The notes beneath the pieces are model-generated. The model worked only from the letters and a program-made list of their open reading frames with translations, was not told where the DNA came from and ran no database searches. Positions 27,878 through 37,310 of a stretch of DNA of 63,311 bases are shown piece by piece. Made by a program: the position numbers and the translations under genes. The stretch lies in contig CAJXCW010000001.1 in assembly GCA_913051705.1 (NCBI GenBank), forward strand, positions 1 to 63,311. The letters run 5' to 3'. Every line of letters begins with the position of its first letter. Position 1 is the stretch's first letter. Source of the DNA: an uncultured bacterium. GTDB lineage: Bacteria > JAAXHH01.

Positions 27878-28208
27878 TTTGGACTCCGGTTTCGCGATGA
27901 AAGACGTCAAGGTCAGGAGTGGAACCGGGGTGGATGACGCCATGCGGATACATATCGCTTATTTCGAGATTGGACAGATGTATACGGTCATGCTCATTTA
28001 ATCATCCATCTACCTGAACCATCTACATTCATTCAAAAAAGTTAGATTTCAGGATGACGTCAAGGTCAAAACTTTCGAACGGTTCAGTCTGTTGACAGGG
28101 TTAACTGACGGCATTCAGGAAATCATTGACATTGAGAAGGGGACACGATAAGTATGATGGGACAAATAACAGGACGCAAAGGGCGGATTAATAAAGATTG
28201 GAAGAGCC

Positions 28209-29303
28209 ATGACCCTATGTTTTACCGGTGCCAAAAACCTGCATACAGAGCGATGGGTGACCTATTTTGCCAAATGTGGTTATGAGGTGCATTTAATTAT
28301 AGACGAACCTGTTGATTATGAAGGCGTCATCATTCATTGTCTTAATCTTGAGGTAAAGAAAAATCTCTCTTACCTTTTTAAAAAGTTATTCAGAATAAAA
28401 CGGTTGATTCGCAAAATCAAACCGGACATCCTTCATGCGCATACCATCACGACGGAAGGTTATATCTGTGCGCTGACCGGCTTTCATCCTTTTGTGGTGA
28501 CCATCTGGGGAAGCGACATCTATCTTCGTCCCCACACGGGATGGGAGGAACGCCTTTTCACGCAGTTGGTATTAAAACGAGCCGATCTGGTCACAGCCGA
28601 TTCTCAGGACCAGATCGATGCGGCCGTTGCTCTGGGCGGCCATCCGTCAAAATGTGAGGTCATCCAATGGGGCGTTGACTTGAACTTATTCCATCCGATG
28701 GATGCCACAGCCATCAGGACACGACTCGGTTTTGGCGATGATCCGGTTGTACTCAGTCCACGCAAATTCACGCCGTTGTATAACATTGATGTGATTCTGC
28801 GGGCATTCAAGGATGTCTTGCAGACGTTGCCGGCGGCGAAAATGATCATCACCGGCTCGGGAGCGGGCGAAGAAGAAATCAAAACGCTGGTGCATCACCT
28901 GGATCTGGAAGCGTCCATTCATTTCACGGGTTATGTGGACTACAATGAGCTACCCTTGTATCTTGCGGTCGCGGATGTATCGATTTCCGTGCCCTCATCA
29001 GACGGCACGGCCATGGCCATTCTGGAGGCGCTGGCTTGCGAGGTGCCGTTAATCGTCAGCGACCTGCCCTCAAACCATGAATGGATAGAAGATAGGATAA
29101 ATGGTTTGATCGTTCCGGTGCAGAATCAAGAGGCACTTGCATCCAGCATGCTGGATGTTCTCCAAAACAGAACCGCATACCGGGACCGTTTCAAAGCACA
29201 AAATCGACAGCTTGTTCATGAACGCGCAGATCAAGAAGCCAATATGAAAAAAATGGATGTAATCTATCAGCAGCTTATCGAAATCAGCCATCATAAATCA
29301 TAA
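28209..29303 (+). CDS. Glycosyltransferase family 4
   Basis: 364 aa. GT-B C-terminal EX7E-like region (SSDGTAMAILEALACEVPLIVSD). The 5' third is visibly AT-richer than its neighbours. Confidence 0.8.
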   Translation: MTLCFTGAKNLHTERWVTYFAKCGYEVHLIIDEPVDYEGVIIHCLNLEVKKNLSYLFKKLFRIKRLIRKIKPDILHAHTITTEGYICALTGFHPFVVTIWGSDIYLRPHTGWEERLFTQLVLKRADLVTADSQDQIDAAVALGGHPSKCEVIQWGVDLNLFHPMDATAIRTRLGFGDDPVVLSPRKFTPLYNIDVILRAFKDVLQTLPAAKMIITGSGAGEEEIKTLVHHLDLEASIHFTGYVDYNELPLYLAVADVSISVPSSDGTAMAILEALACEVPLIVSDLPSNHEWIEDRINGLIVPVQNQEALASSMLDVLQNRTAYRDRFKAQNRQLVHERADQEANMKKMDVIYQQLIEISHHKS

Positions 29304-30203
29304 TTAGTCAATGTCCGGAAACCGCAGAAACCGCCTGGCCGTCCCCCCCATAATAGCCTCTAATTCATGCGGCTGGATATCCGGTATCGATGTTTCGATA
29401 ATCGTCGTGAGCTTGTCATACCCGGGGTGTTCGTAAATCCAGGGAAAATCCGTGGCCCACATGAGCCGGTCTGCGCCGAAACTCTTGAGCAATTTTTGAT
29501 GCCAGGGGGCCAGGTCGTTGTACGGGAAGGGATCTTTGCTGAAAGCATACTGGCCGGACAGATGCAAGGTGACATTCTCATAGGCGCTGAGCCTATGCGT
29601 GGTATGAAAGGCCGGATTATATGAGGGCGTATCGACCTGGGGCCGCCCCCATTGGTCATGGCTGAACGTTCCTTCACCGGGGCAGATCCCCAGATGGTTG
29701 AGCACAACCCGTACCTGAGGGAAGGCATCGACCAGATAGGCGATCAGATGCGCATCCCGGGCGCTGAGATAGAGCCAGAGTACATAGTCCTTTTCAGCCG
29801 CATGCTGCCAGATACGAAACGTGTCGAAGGTTCGGACGTCGATCGGATCAAACGGATCACGCGGTCCGCCGACCGTATTAAGCCGAAAACCGACCAGACC
29901 AGTGCCGTCTGTCAACCGGTCCATATGTTCTTCCGGCGTCTGGCGTAATGCTTCCGGTACGAGACCGATTCCCTGGAATTTTTGAGGGTACCTCTGCAGA
30001 CAATGTTTCAAATACGCATGGTGTTCATATGTCGTACCGCCTATCTGAACAAGCATCGCCTGATCGATAAGGTTGGTGTCCATATACGTCAACAACGTCT
30101 CGACAGTCTCTTCCTTATCCGCCGGCACTAAAGGGCTGACCTCACGAGGGAACTCAGCGGACGCCCTCGTAAATACATGCCCATGGGCATCGATTCGTGG
30201 CAT
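29304..30203 (-). CDS. Amidohydrolase-2 family metal-dependent hydrolase
   Basis: 299 aa. N-terminal IDAHGHVF, VLNHLG, WATDFPW. Confidence 0.75.
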   Translation of the reverse strand: MPRIDAHGHVFTRASAEFPREVSPLVPADKEETVETLLTYMDTNLIDQAMLVQIGGTTYEHHAYLKHCLQRYPQKFQGIGLVPEALRQTPEEHMDRLTDGTGLVGFRLNTVGGPRDPFDPIDVRTFDTFRIWQHAAEKDYVLWLYLSARDAHLIAYLVDAFPQVRVVLNHLGICPGEGTFSHDQWGRPQVDTPSYNPAFHTTHRLSAYENVTLHLSGQYAFSKDPFPYNDLAPWHQKLLKSFGADRLMWATDFPWIYEHPGYDKLTTIIETSIPDIQPHELEAIMGGTARRFLRFPDID

Positions 30204-30224
30204 GACACCTCCTGATTAACGCGG

Positions 30225-30938
30225 TTATACCAGACTGAATAAACGACGGCGATCCGGTGTATTCGCCGACGAGGTGATCGCCGCAAATTTTCCCGGTTCC
30301 ACACGACCCGGCGTTCGTCTTTCATAAATGAGAATGATCGACTTACGCGGCACACTGGTGTGATTATCCATAGCCACATGCCAACCATACGAGTTGAACA
30401 TAATGGCGGTGCCTGCTTTGCCGGTAAATCGTTTATGCCCCGGCATGGCGGCCAGGTTGTGCACACGAGAATACGGCCCGGCGCCCGGTTTATGACTGCC
30501 CGGAACGTAAGCGAATTCACCGCTGTTCGACTCGACATCATTGATGTAGATCTGCACCTTGATATGTAACGGGTGATCAGGCGGCACGTCGGGATGCCAG
30601 CCCGTATAGCTCATCACCCAGGGCGGTACCGTACGGGCCTGTGGCCCTAAAAAGATCAGATCGTTATCCGTGAACGCCATGAGATGACCGTAGAAACCTG
30701 GATGATCGACGAGGTCGATAAACACCTCATCTTTTTTCAGGACATTCGGGATATCGTAAAAGGTGGCGGATGCTTCTCCTCGCTCGATGCTTAGTAGCCA
30801 ATCCTCTTTACACACGGCCGCCCAATGATCAAAGGCCGACTGCAAACGAGCCAGTTCTTCTCCCTGTATCGCGTTCTCAAATACAAGATAACCTTCTTCA
30901 TGCCAATGACGATATGCTTCTTCGGTTGGTTGCATCAT
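30225..30938 (-). CDS. PhyH-family Fe(II)/2-oxoglutarate dioxygenase
   Basis: 237 aa. WHEEGYLVFENAI, HxD motif WHPDVPP, distal His FNSYGWHVAM. Confidence 0.75.
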   Translation of the reverse strand: MMQPTEEAYRHWHEEGYLVFENAIQGEELARLQSAFDHWAAVCKEDWLLSIERGEASATFYDIPNVLKKDEVFIDLVDHPGFYGHLMAFTDNDLIFLGPQARTVPPWVMSYTGWHPDVPPDHPLHIKVQIYINDVESNSGEFAYVPGSHKPGAGPYSRVHNLAAMPGHKRFTGKAGTAIMFNSYGWHVAMDNHTSVPRKSIILIYERRTPGRVEPGKFAAITSSANTPDRRRLFSLV

Positions 30939-31126
30939 AGAATTTACTCCAAACTCCCCACGGCTGCGTCATGCTCTCTGTGGTTATCTCATTAGAGTCG
31001 GTCCGGTGATCCTCATACCCCTGCAATTAATAATTGAACCGATGAGATGTCAAGCGCATCTGATGCTGATTGCCTGAAAACGAATGAGGTGAACTTGGTT
31101 TAATTCGTTAAAATATAAATGTCTTC

Positions 31127-31157
31127 CATGCATAAATCATCATGCATAAATCATCAT
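31127..31157. repeat. Tandem 14-mer CATGCATAAATCAT x2 in a divergent promoter gap
   Basis: Exact duplicate units at 31127-31140 and 31141-31154, followed by CAT. About 75 nt upstream of the decarboxylase ATG. Confidence 0.7.
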
Positions 31158-31231
31158 TCAACAATAGCCATAACACTTCTTGCTTGATTCTCTTTTCATT
31201 ATCTCATAAGTTGGTAACGGGAGCCTTTTAA

Positions 31232-32677
31232 ATGTCCGAAGCACCAGATTTTCATATGACGCCGAATGAGTTTCGTCGCCATGGATATGCCATGATCGAC
31301 TGGATCGCCGATTATTATGAGCGGATTGAGTCGTTCCCTGTCCTGTCACAGGTCAATCCGGGCGAAATCCGAGCGTCATTGCCGAAAAATCCACCAGAGG
31401 AAGGCGAACCGTTTGAAGCGATTCTCGCGGATATCGACCGTCTGATTCTGCCGGGGATTACCCACTGGCAATCGCCTGATTTTTTTGGGTTCTTCCCCGC
31501 GAATGCGTCCGGTCCCTCTATTCTGGGCGATCTGCTGTCTTCCGGACTGGGTGTGCAGGGTATGCTCTGGGCGACCAGTCCCGCCTGCACCGAGTTGGAA
31601 ACCCATGTATGCGATTGGATCGTCGATTTACTCGGTCTTCCCGACCTGTTCAAATCCACCGGCGACGGCGGCGGTGTTATTCAGGACAGCGCCTCCAATG
31701 CCACCCTGTGTGCAGTTCTGGCGGCACGGGAACAAGCTACCAACTACGGGTTTAATGAAAAGGGAGGGGATGGTAAACTGGTGGCTTATACCTCTACCCA
31801 GGCCCATTCATCGATTGAAAAAGCGATCAAAATTGCAGGCCTGGGCACCCGCCGGTTACGGGCTGTTCCGGTAGATGATCGCTTTGCCATGCAGCCGGAT
31901 GTATTGGAAAAGTGGATCAAAGAAGATCGGGCTGCCGGCTTTACGCCTTGCTTTGTTTGTGCTACGGTAGGCACCACCTCTTCTTTAGCCATTGATCCGG
32001 TGCCGGAAATAGGACGCATATGCAGGCAACATAATCTCTGGCTTCATATCGATGCCGCTCATGCCGGCACGGCAGCACTCTGTCCCGAATTTCGATTTAT
32101 TCACGACGGGGTCGACCTGGCCGACAGCTATTGTTTCGATCCCCACAAATGGATGTTCACGAATTTTGATTGTGATTGTTTTTTCGTCAGAGATCGATCC
32201 ATACTGATCAACACCTTGAGTATTTTGCCGGAATACCTGCGCAATGAAGCCACGGCCTCAGGTGCGGTGATTGATTATCGAGACTGGCAAGTGCCTCTGG
32301 GCCGGCGATTTCGGGCGTTGAAATTGTGGTTCGTCATCCGGCATTTCGGCGTTGAGGGGCTCCGGCAATATGTTCGATTCCATGTGACGATGACGCAACA
32401 GATCGTGGACTGGGTAAAGGCCGACGCCCGCTTTGAATTGACTGCGCCGCCCATGCTCAACCTGGTTTGTTTTCGGCATATCGACGGGGATAAGCCGACC
32501 CGGCAGTTAATGGAGCGGTTGAACGCCGAAGGACACATCTATCTGACCCATACAAAATTGAATGGCCGGTTGACTCTGCGCTTCTGCGTAGGTCAGGTCC
32601 ATACACAGGAACAGCACGTCATTCGGGCATGGAAACGGATTCTGGAGATGACGGATAAATTAGAGCGTGGCAGATAA
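31232..32677 (+). CDS. Aromatic-L-amino-acid (DOPA/tyrosine/tryptophan) decarboxylase, PLP group II
   Basis: 481 aa. EFRRHGYAMIDWIADYY, THWQSPDFFGFFPAN, WATSPACTELE, PLP-lysine motif FDPHKWMF. Confidence 0.88.
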   Translation: MSEAPDFHMTPNEFRRHGYAMIDWIADYYERIESFPVLSQVNPGEIRASLPKNPPEEGEPFEAILADIDRLILPGITHWQSPDFFGFFPANASGPSILGDLLSSGLGVQGMLWATSPACTELETHVCDWIVDLLGLPDLFKSTGDGGGVIQDSASNATLCAVLAAREQATNYGFNEKGGDGKLVAYTSTQAHSSIEKAIKIAGLGTRRLRAVPVDDRFAMQPDVLEKWIKEDRAAGFTPCFVCATVGTTSSLAIDPVPEIGRICRQHNLWLHIDAAHAGTAALCPEFRFIHDGVDLADSYCFDPHKWMFTNFDCDCFFVRDRSILINTLSILPEYLRNEATASGAVIDYRDWQVPLGRRFRALKLWFVIRHFGVEGLRQYVRFHVTMTQQIVDWVKADARFELTAPPMLNLVCFRHIDGDKPTRQLMERLNAEGHIYLTHTKLNGRLTLRFCVGQVHTQEQHVIRAWKRILEMTDKLERGR

Positions 32678-32710
32678 GCCGATACGCAAGGGAACACCAG
32701 GGAGCTCTGC

Positions 32711-33346
32711 ATGAAGATAATAGAGGTGAAGACATTAGCGATACCTGAAATAAAAGTCGTCCGTTTCGGACGATTTATGGACCACCGCGGTTATTTTACC
32801 GAACCGTTTAGGGCCAGTGATTTGCACCATAATCCGGTTACGGACTTTCTGAGAGATGTCACCTTCGTACAGGAAAACGAAAGCTATTCTAAAGCCGGGG
32901 TCATTCGGGGTATGCACTTTCAATGGAATCCGTATATGGGAAAATTCGTACGAACCATCCGCGGACGCATGGTGGATCTGGTGCTGGACATCCGTAAAGG
33001 ATCGCCGACCCTGGGTAAAATGATCGCCTACGATATCCCGGATTCGGTAGATGCCGATTATAACGAGTGGATCTGGGTGCCGCCGGGGTTTGCACACGGA
33101 AATTTCTTCACCGCCGACAGTACAATCGAATATTTCTGTTCCGGTGAATACAGCCCTGGCTGTGAGGGCGGCATTTCCCCGCTGGCTGCGGATATCGACT
33201 GGTCGATGTGTGATCCAACCTTGAAAGCCGACTTTGACAACCTGCTGTCCGACAGTCCGCTTATGTCCGACAAAGACCGCGACGCTATAACGCTGAATGA
33301 TTGGCTGGCTGATGAACGATCGGAACAATTTTTGTATACCTCGTAA
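32711..33346 (+). CDS. dTDP-4-dehydrorhamnose 3,5-epimerase-like cupin (RmlC family)
   Basis: 211 aa. DHRGYFTEPF, RGMHFQ, KFVRTIRGRMVDLVLDIRKGSPTLGK, PPGFAHGNF, YFCSGEYSPG. Confidence 0.8.
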   Translation: MKIIEVKTLAIPEIKVVRFGRFMDHRGYFTEPFRASDLHHNPVTDFLRDVTFVQENESYSKAGVIRGMHFQWNPYMGKFVRTIRGRMVDLVLDIRKGSPTLGKMIAYDIPDSVDADYNEWIWVPPGFAHGNFFTADSTIEYFCSGEYSPGCEGGISPLAADIDWSMCDPTLKADFDNLLSDSPLMSDKDRDAITLNDWLADERSEQFLYTS

Positions 33347-33347
33347 T

Positions 33348-33371
33348 AGGCGTACGGCGCGCCGTACGCCT
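33348..33371. terminator. Perfect 24-nt GC-rich palindrome right after the RmlC-like stop (terminator-like, no U tract)
   Basis: AGGCGTACGGCGCGCCGTACGCCT begins 2 nt after the TAA at 33344-33346. Confidence 0.5.
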
Positions 33372-33408
33372 ACACATTTCCATCCATTTACTCATATGGA
33401 GGTACATC

Positions 33409-33885
33409 GTGACAACGGATCAACAATCGCTTTGGTCGCGGATACAGGGACTGGTTATATTCGGATGGATTGTTGCCCTCATCCGGCTTCTACTTGAGGT
33501 CGTCGCGCCGGAGCAATCCATGTACTTCGGCGTATACTGGATGATGCCGCTGGCTTACCTGTATTACGGCATGACGCGGAAGTGGGACGACCTGCCCTGG
33601 TCCCGTGTGGCCCTGTCCATAGTAGCCGTCGCCTTCTTAGTCTGGTTTCTGCCCAATGCCGTTTCATACAATATTGCCGCCTTTTCCGGCTGGGAGCACG
33701 GCCGCTTCTCCCCAGATGCCTACCCTGCTTTTATCGCCCGTGATTCCGGTATTACTACTATCCTGAACGGCCTGATGGTGTCTGTTGTCACAGGTGTCGG
33801 CGGCAGCGCCTGGAGCATCGTCTGGAGTACGCTACTCATCTGGCTGCCCGGACATTTTCGTCGCCGAAAACTGCAAACAGCGTGA
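33409..33885 (+). CDS. Hypothetical small membrane protein
   Basis: 158 aa, GTG start, four hydrophobic segments. No recognisable family. Confidence 0.45.
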   Translation: MTTDQQSLWSRIQGLVIFGWIVALIRLLLEVVAPEQSMYFGVYWMMPLAYLYYGMTRKWDDLPWSRVALSIVAVAFLVWFLPNAVSYNIAAFSGWEHGRFSPDAYPAFIARDSGITTILNGLMVSVVTGVGGSAWSIVWSTLLIWLPGHFRRRKLQTA

Positions 33886-34106
33886 AGGTATTTATGAATT
33901 ATGGTTTATGAATTATGATGTAGGCAATCGTTCAATAGAAGCGGAAGCCGAACTGGGTGGTCTTGAGAAGATGAGCAACTTCCTGATCGGTTTACCCCTG
34001 CTTCTGGGTGTCATTTTTTGATCCTGTTCGGGATCCTATTCCAGGAAAAAGGGGGACTTTCGTCCTCGGTGTGTCGTTGTAGGAGTAACTTCCCAAAGGA
34101 CCTCCC

Positions 34107-34934
34107 ATGTCTACCAGCGTCATTCGCTCCGGTGAGCGGTTCATTGATGAAAAGACCAGACAGATTCTCGACCAATTTCAGCGTGATGGCTACTTCGACT
34201 TTGGTCCGATTCTGGAAGAGGATGAAGTCGAAGCCCTGCGAACAGATATGCAGAACAAGTGGGATGACCCGCGTATGCACGAACCGGCACACGATCAGAT
34301 TCGCGGAAATAGTCTGATGCGTATGTTCGAATATTCGACCGCCTTTCGTGATCTGATCATCCGTGAGCCGTTCGCCGGCCTGGCGGAAGCGATCCTCGGT
34401 GACGATTGCCACTGCATGTCGCAGAATGCCCTGTACACGCCGCCCAATCCGAAAGCCGTGGCGGACGGTCCGGGCGGCTGGCATCTGGACGACCTCGTTC
34501 ACTTCCCGTTACCAACGCATATTCCCCGTCATGATCCCGACATACCGCTGCCATGCTTCGTGATGCAGATTTTTACGCCGCTCACCGATGTGGAAGAGGT
34601 TAAATACGGACCGACGCAAGTGATCCCTGGCAGTCACTATGCTGGTCGCCGTCCTGAAGAACAGGACCATCCGATGTTTGATGGTAATAAGACGTACTCT
34701 TTTCTCACACGCAAGCGTCACGCCTATATGTTCAACAACCAGATGTGGCACCGTGGCGCTCCCAACGCCTCGGATCGCACGCGCCTCATGGCCGGTGTAA
34801 CCTACAGCAAACGGTTCGTCTCCCAGAAATTCTATCCGTTTATCGACTACCACATGCCGGACCACATCTGGACCGATGCTTCCCCCCGCCTGCAGCGTAT
34901 GCTCGGACGGCATGAAAAAGGGGCGTATGGATAA
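34107..34934 (+). CDS. PhyH-family Fe(II)/2-oxoglutarate dioxygenase
   Basis: 275 aa. QFQRDGYFDFGPIL, HxD motif WHLDDLVHF, distal His/Arg NNQMWHRGAPN. Confidence 0.78.
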   Translation: MSTSVIRSGERFIDEKTRQILDQFQRDGYFDFGPILEEDEVEALRTDMQNKWDDPRMHEPAHDQIRGNSLMRMFEYSTAFRDLIIREPFAGLAEAILGDDCHCMSQNALYTPPNPKAVADGPGGWHLDDLVHFPLPTHIPRHDPDIPLPCFVMQIFTPLTDVEEVKYGPTQVIPGSHYAGRRPEEQDHPMFDGNKTYSFLTRKRHAYMFNNQMWHRGAPNASDRTRLMAGVTYSKRFVSQKFYPFIDYHMPDHIWTDASPRLQRMLGRHEKGAYG

Positions 34935-35017
34935 GACGACAAGTGGGCAGGTGGGGATTATGTGTAAATTTAACGCCGACAACGTCATAGGCGCTTTAAA
35001 ATCAAAAGGAGGCAACC

Positions 35018-35776
35018 ATCACCACCGCACCAGATCATCAATTCACCGGCCTTACCGCCCTCGTCACCGGTGGATCACGGGGGATCGGCAGAGCCATCTG
35101 CCTGATGTTGGCCGAACACGGCGCCTGGGTGGCGATTAACTATACCCAGAACGAAGAGGCAGCGCATGAAGCATTAACGAAGGTGAATGCCATTGGTGCC
35201 GAAGGCATGATCGTCCGGGCAGATGTTTCGCGTGAAGAAGAGGTCAATAGAATGGTTGAGGAAGTGCGCAACCGCTTCGGTCCAGTCGATCTGCTCGTGA
35301 ATAACGCAGGCATCGCCGTCAGTGCGCCCCACACGGATATGGCCTTTGCAGATTGGAAACGGATGTTCGAGGTAAACGTGGACGGGCCGTTTTTAACGAC
35401 CTGGGCAGTCAAGGACGAGATGATTGTGCGAACCTACGGTCGCATTGTCAATATTGCCTCTCTGGCAGGCGTCGTCCTGAAGAAGAATATGATCCATTAT
35501 GCAACGACCAAGGCGGCCGTCATCTCGTTCACGCGGCATTGTGCCGAGGCCTTCGCTCCGCACAATATCCGTGTCAACTGCGTCGCTCCGGGATTGACGG
35601 ATACCGACATCGCCCGCGCCGCCAATCCGGATGCGATCAACCAACTCATCGCCGCCACCCCGATGGGCCGCATGGCCGCTCCCGAGGAAATGGCCACCAT
35701 CGTTAAGTTCCTGCTCTCCGATGACGCCAGCTTCATCACCGGGCAAACCATTGTGGCGTGTGGCGGGCGGAGTTAA
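35018..35776 (+). CDS. Short-chain dehydrogenase/reductase (FabG-like), apparent non-canonical ATC start
   Basis: The Rossmann motif TALVTGGSRGIGRAI lies upstream of the first ATG (35105). The frame opens at 35000, after a TAA. The only plausible initiator is ATC at 35018, 5 nt after AAAGGAGG. Also NNAGI, and catalytic Y-x3-K in YATTKAAV. Confidence 0.75.
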   Translation: MTTAPDHQFTGLTALVTGGSRGIGRAICLMLAEHGAWVAINYTQNEEAAHEALTKVNAIGAEGMIVRADVSREEEVNRMVEEVRNRFGPVDLLVNNAGIAVSAPHTDMAFADWKRMFEVNVDGPFLTTWAVKDEMIVRTYGRIVNIASLAGVVLKKNMIHYATTKAAVISFTRHCAEAFAPHNIRVNCVAPGLTDTDIARAANPDAINQLIAATPMGRMAAPEEMATIVKFLLSDDASFITGQTIVACGGRS

Positions 35777-35912
35777 GGTTTTCAATCATAATTGCTGATC
35801 CCTGCGGGTTCCAGCGAGCGCTACGCGGTTCAACATTTCGTATTATTTGTCGTGTATGATGATTCTTTTTATTTTCTGTAAGTAGCGGTGGATCTAAGCC
35901 CAGGGTGCTTTG

Positions 35913-37310
35913 ATGAGAAAAAAACCGAATGTAATCCTTTGCATTTGCGACCAATTAAGAGCATTTGAAACAGGCGTATATGGGAATGGGATTATTCAAA
36001 CGCCACATATTGATCGTCTGGCAGAAGAAGGCGTGCGCTTTGAAATCGCCGTGACGAATAATCCCGTATGTATGCCCGCCCGGTCCTGTCTCCTATCGGG
36101 GCAGTACAGCCGATCCTGTATGGGCATGCTGGGCAACTATGCGGAACGCCGACCGGACGGGACACGTTATATGTCTGAATACCCGGTAGATGATCGCGTC
36201 CATATGCCGGAACAGACCCTGCCTGAGGTGTTTAAAACACTCGGTTATGATACGGCCTTAATTGGTAAATGGCATATTCAACCCTCGCCGGGTATCGTAG
36301 GATTTGATTATAGCTTGTTTCCTCGCGTGCATCATCGCCATTCGGGGCAGATATTTGTTGAAAATACGGGAGAAGGAGAGGTCGTAGACGGCTTCAGCGT
36401 AGAGTTCGAATCAGATAGGGTTCGGCAATATCTACGTGGTAGACGGACACAGAATGATCCCTTTTTTCTATATTATAGTATCTCCCCACCGCATATGCCG
36501 TTGATGGATGCGCCGGATCACTATCTGAACAGGTATCATCCCCAGGATATACCATTAAGGCCAAATGTGTTCAAAGATGGGAAGCTACCATTTGATGACC
36601 ACTGGTTTAAAGTGTATTTATGGGATTTTCTGCACTATGATCACCATTTACCCTATACGGAAAAACTACCGGACGGATTCGATCTGCGTCGACTGATCGC
36701 ACTGTACTACGGCATGACCACCTGGGTGGATGATATGATCGGCCGTTTGCGTAATGAGCTTGAAGAAAGTAATCTGGCAGATGATACCATCATTGTGTTT
36801 TTGTCGGATCATGGTGATAATCTGGGAAGCCATCATCTGTTTAATAAAGGGCAGCTCATAGAAGAATCTATCCGCATTCCTTTCGTTTTCCATGCGCCTC
36901 AAGCCTGGTCCGCAGGGGTAAATACGACGCATGTGGCGCAAATTATCGATGTCATGCCCACGCTCATCAAGTTATGCGGCGGCGACATACCGGATCATGT
37001 TCAAGGACGAAGTCTGTCGAATCTGATTTTTGATCATGCGATTTTGAAGGACCCTGAAGCGTTTATTGAAACATCAGATGGGAAAATAGGCATTCGCACG
37101 CCAACCGCTCTATATGGAATTAAAACCGATCCTTCAACCCGGACGGTTATAGATGACCGGTTTTGTTTTTATGATTTAATCAAGGATCCCTATGAACAGA
37201 CCAACCTGCTGGAAACCAGCTTTGATACAAAACTTACCAATAACCTGCGAGACCAGCTCCTCTCATGGCATGAATCAACCCCCTGGTTAAATAATGGAGA
37301 CAACCCATGA
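35913..37310 (+). CDS. Sulfatase (formylglycine-dependent type)
   Basis: About 465 aa. NVILCICDQLR, CxPxR motif PVCMPARSCLLSG, GKWH, FLSDHGD. Confidence 0.87.
   Translation: MRKKPNVILCICDQLRAFETGVYGNGIIQTPHIDRLAEEGVRFEIAVTNNPVCMPARSCLLSGQYSRSCMGMLGNYAERRPDGTRYMSEYPVDDRVHMPEQTLPEVFKTLGYDTALIGKWHIQPSPGIVGFDYSLFPRVHHRHSGQIFVENTGEGEVVDGFSVEFESDRVRQYLRGRRTQNDPFFLYYSISPPHMPLMDAPDHYLNRYHPQDIPLRPNVFKDGKLPFDDHWFKVYLWDFLHYDHHLPYTEKLPDGFDLRRLIALYYGMTTWVDDMIGRLRNELEESNLADDTIIVFLSDHGDNLGSHHLFNKGQLIEESIRIPFVFHAPQAWSAGVNTTHVAQIIDVMPTLIKLCGGDIPDHVQGRSLSNLIFDHAILKDPEAFIETSDGKIGIRTPTALYGIKTDPSTRTVIDDRFCFYDLIKDPYEQTNLLETSFDTKLTNNLRDQLLSWHESTPWLNNGDNP

Noticed and set aside
33971-34021. 16-codon hydrophobic mini-ORF MSNFLIGLPLLLGVIF
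   Set aside because: It has no convincing RBS, is too short to evaluate, and conservation cannot be judged. It is probably chance.
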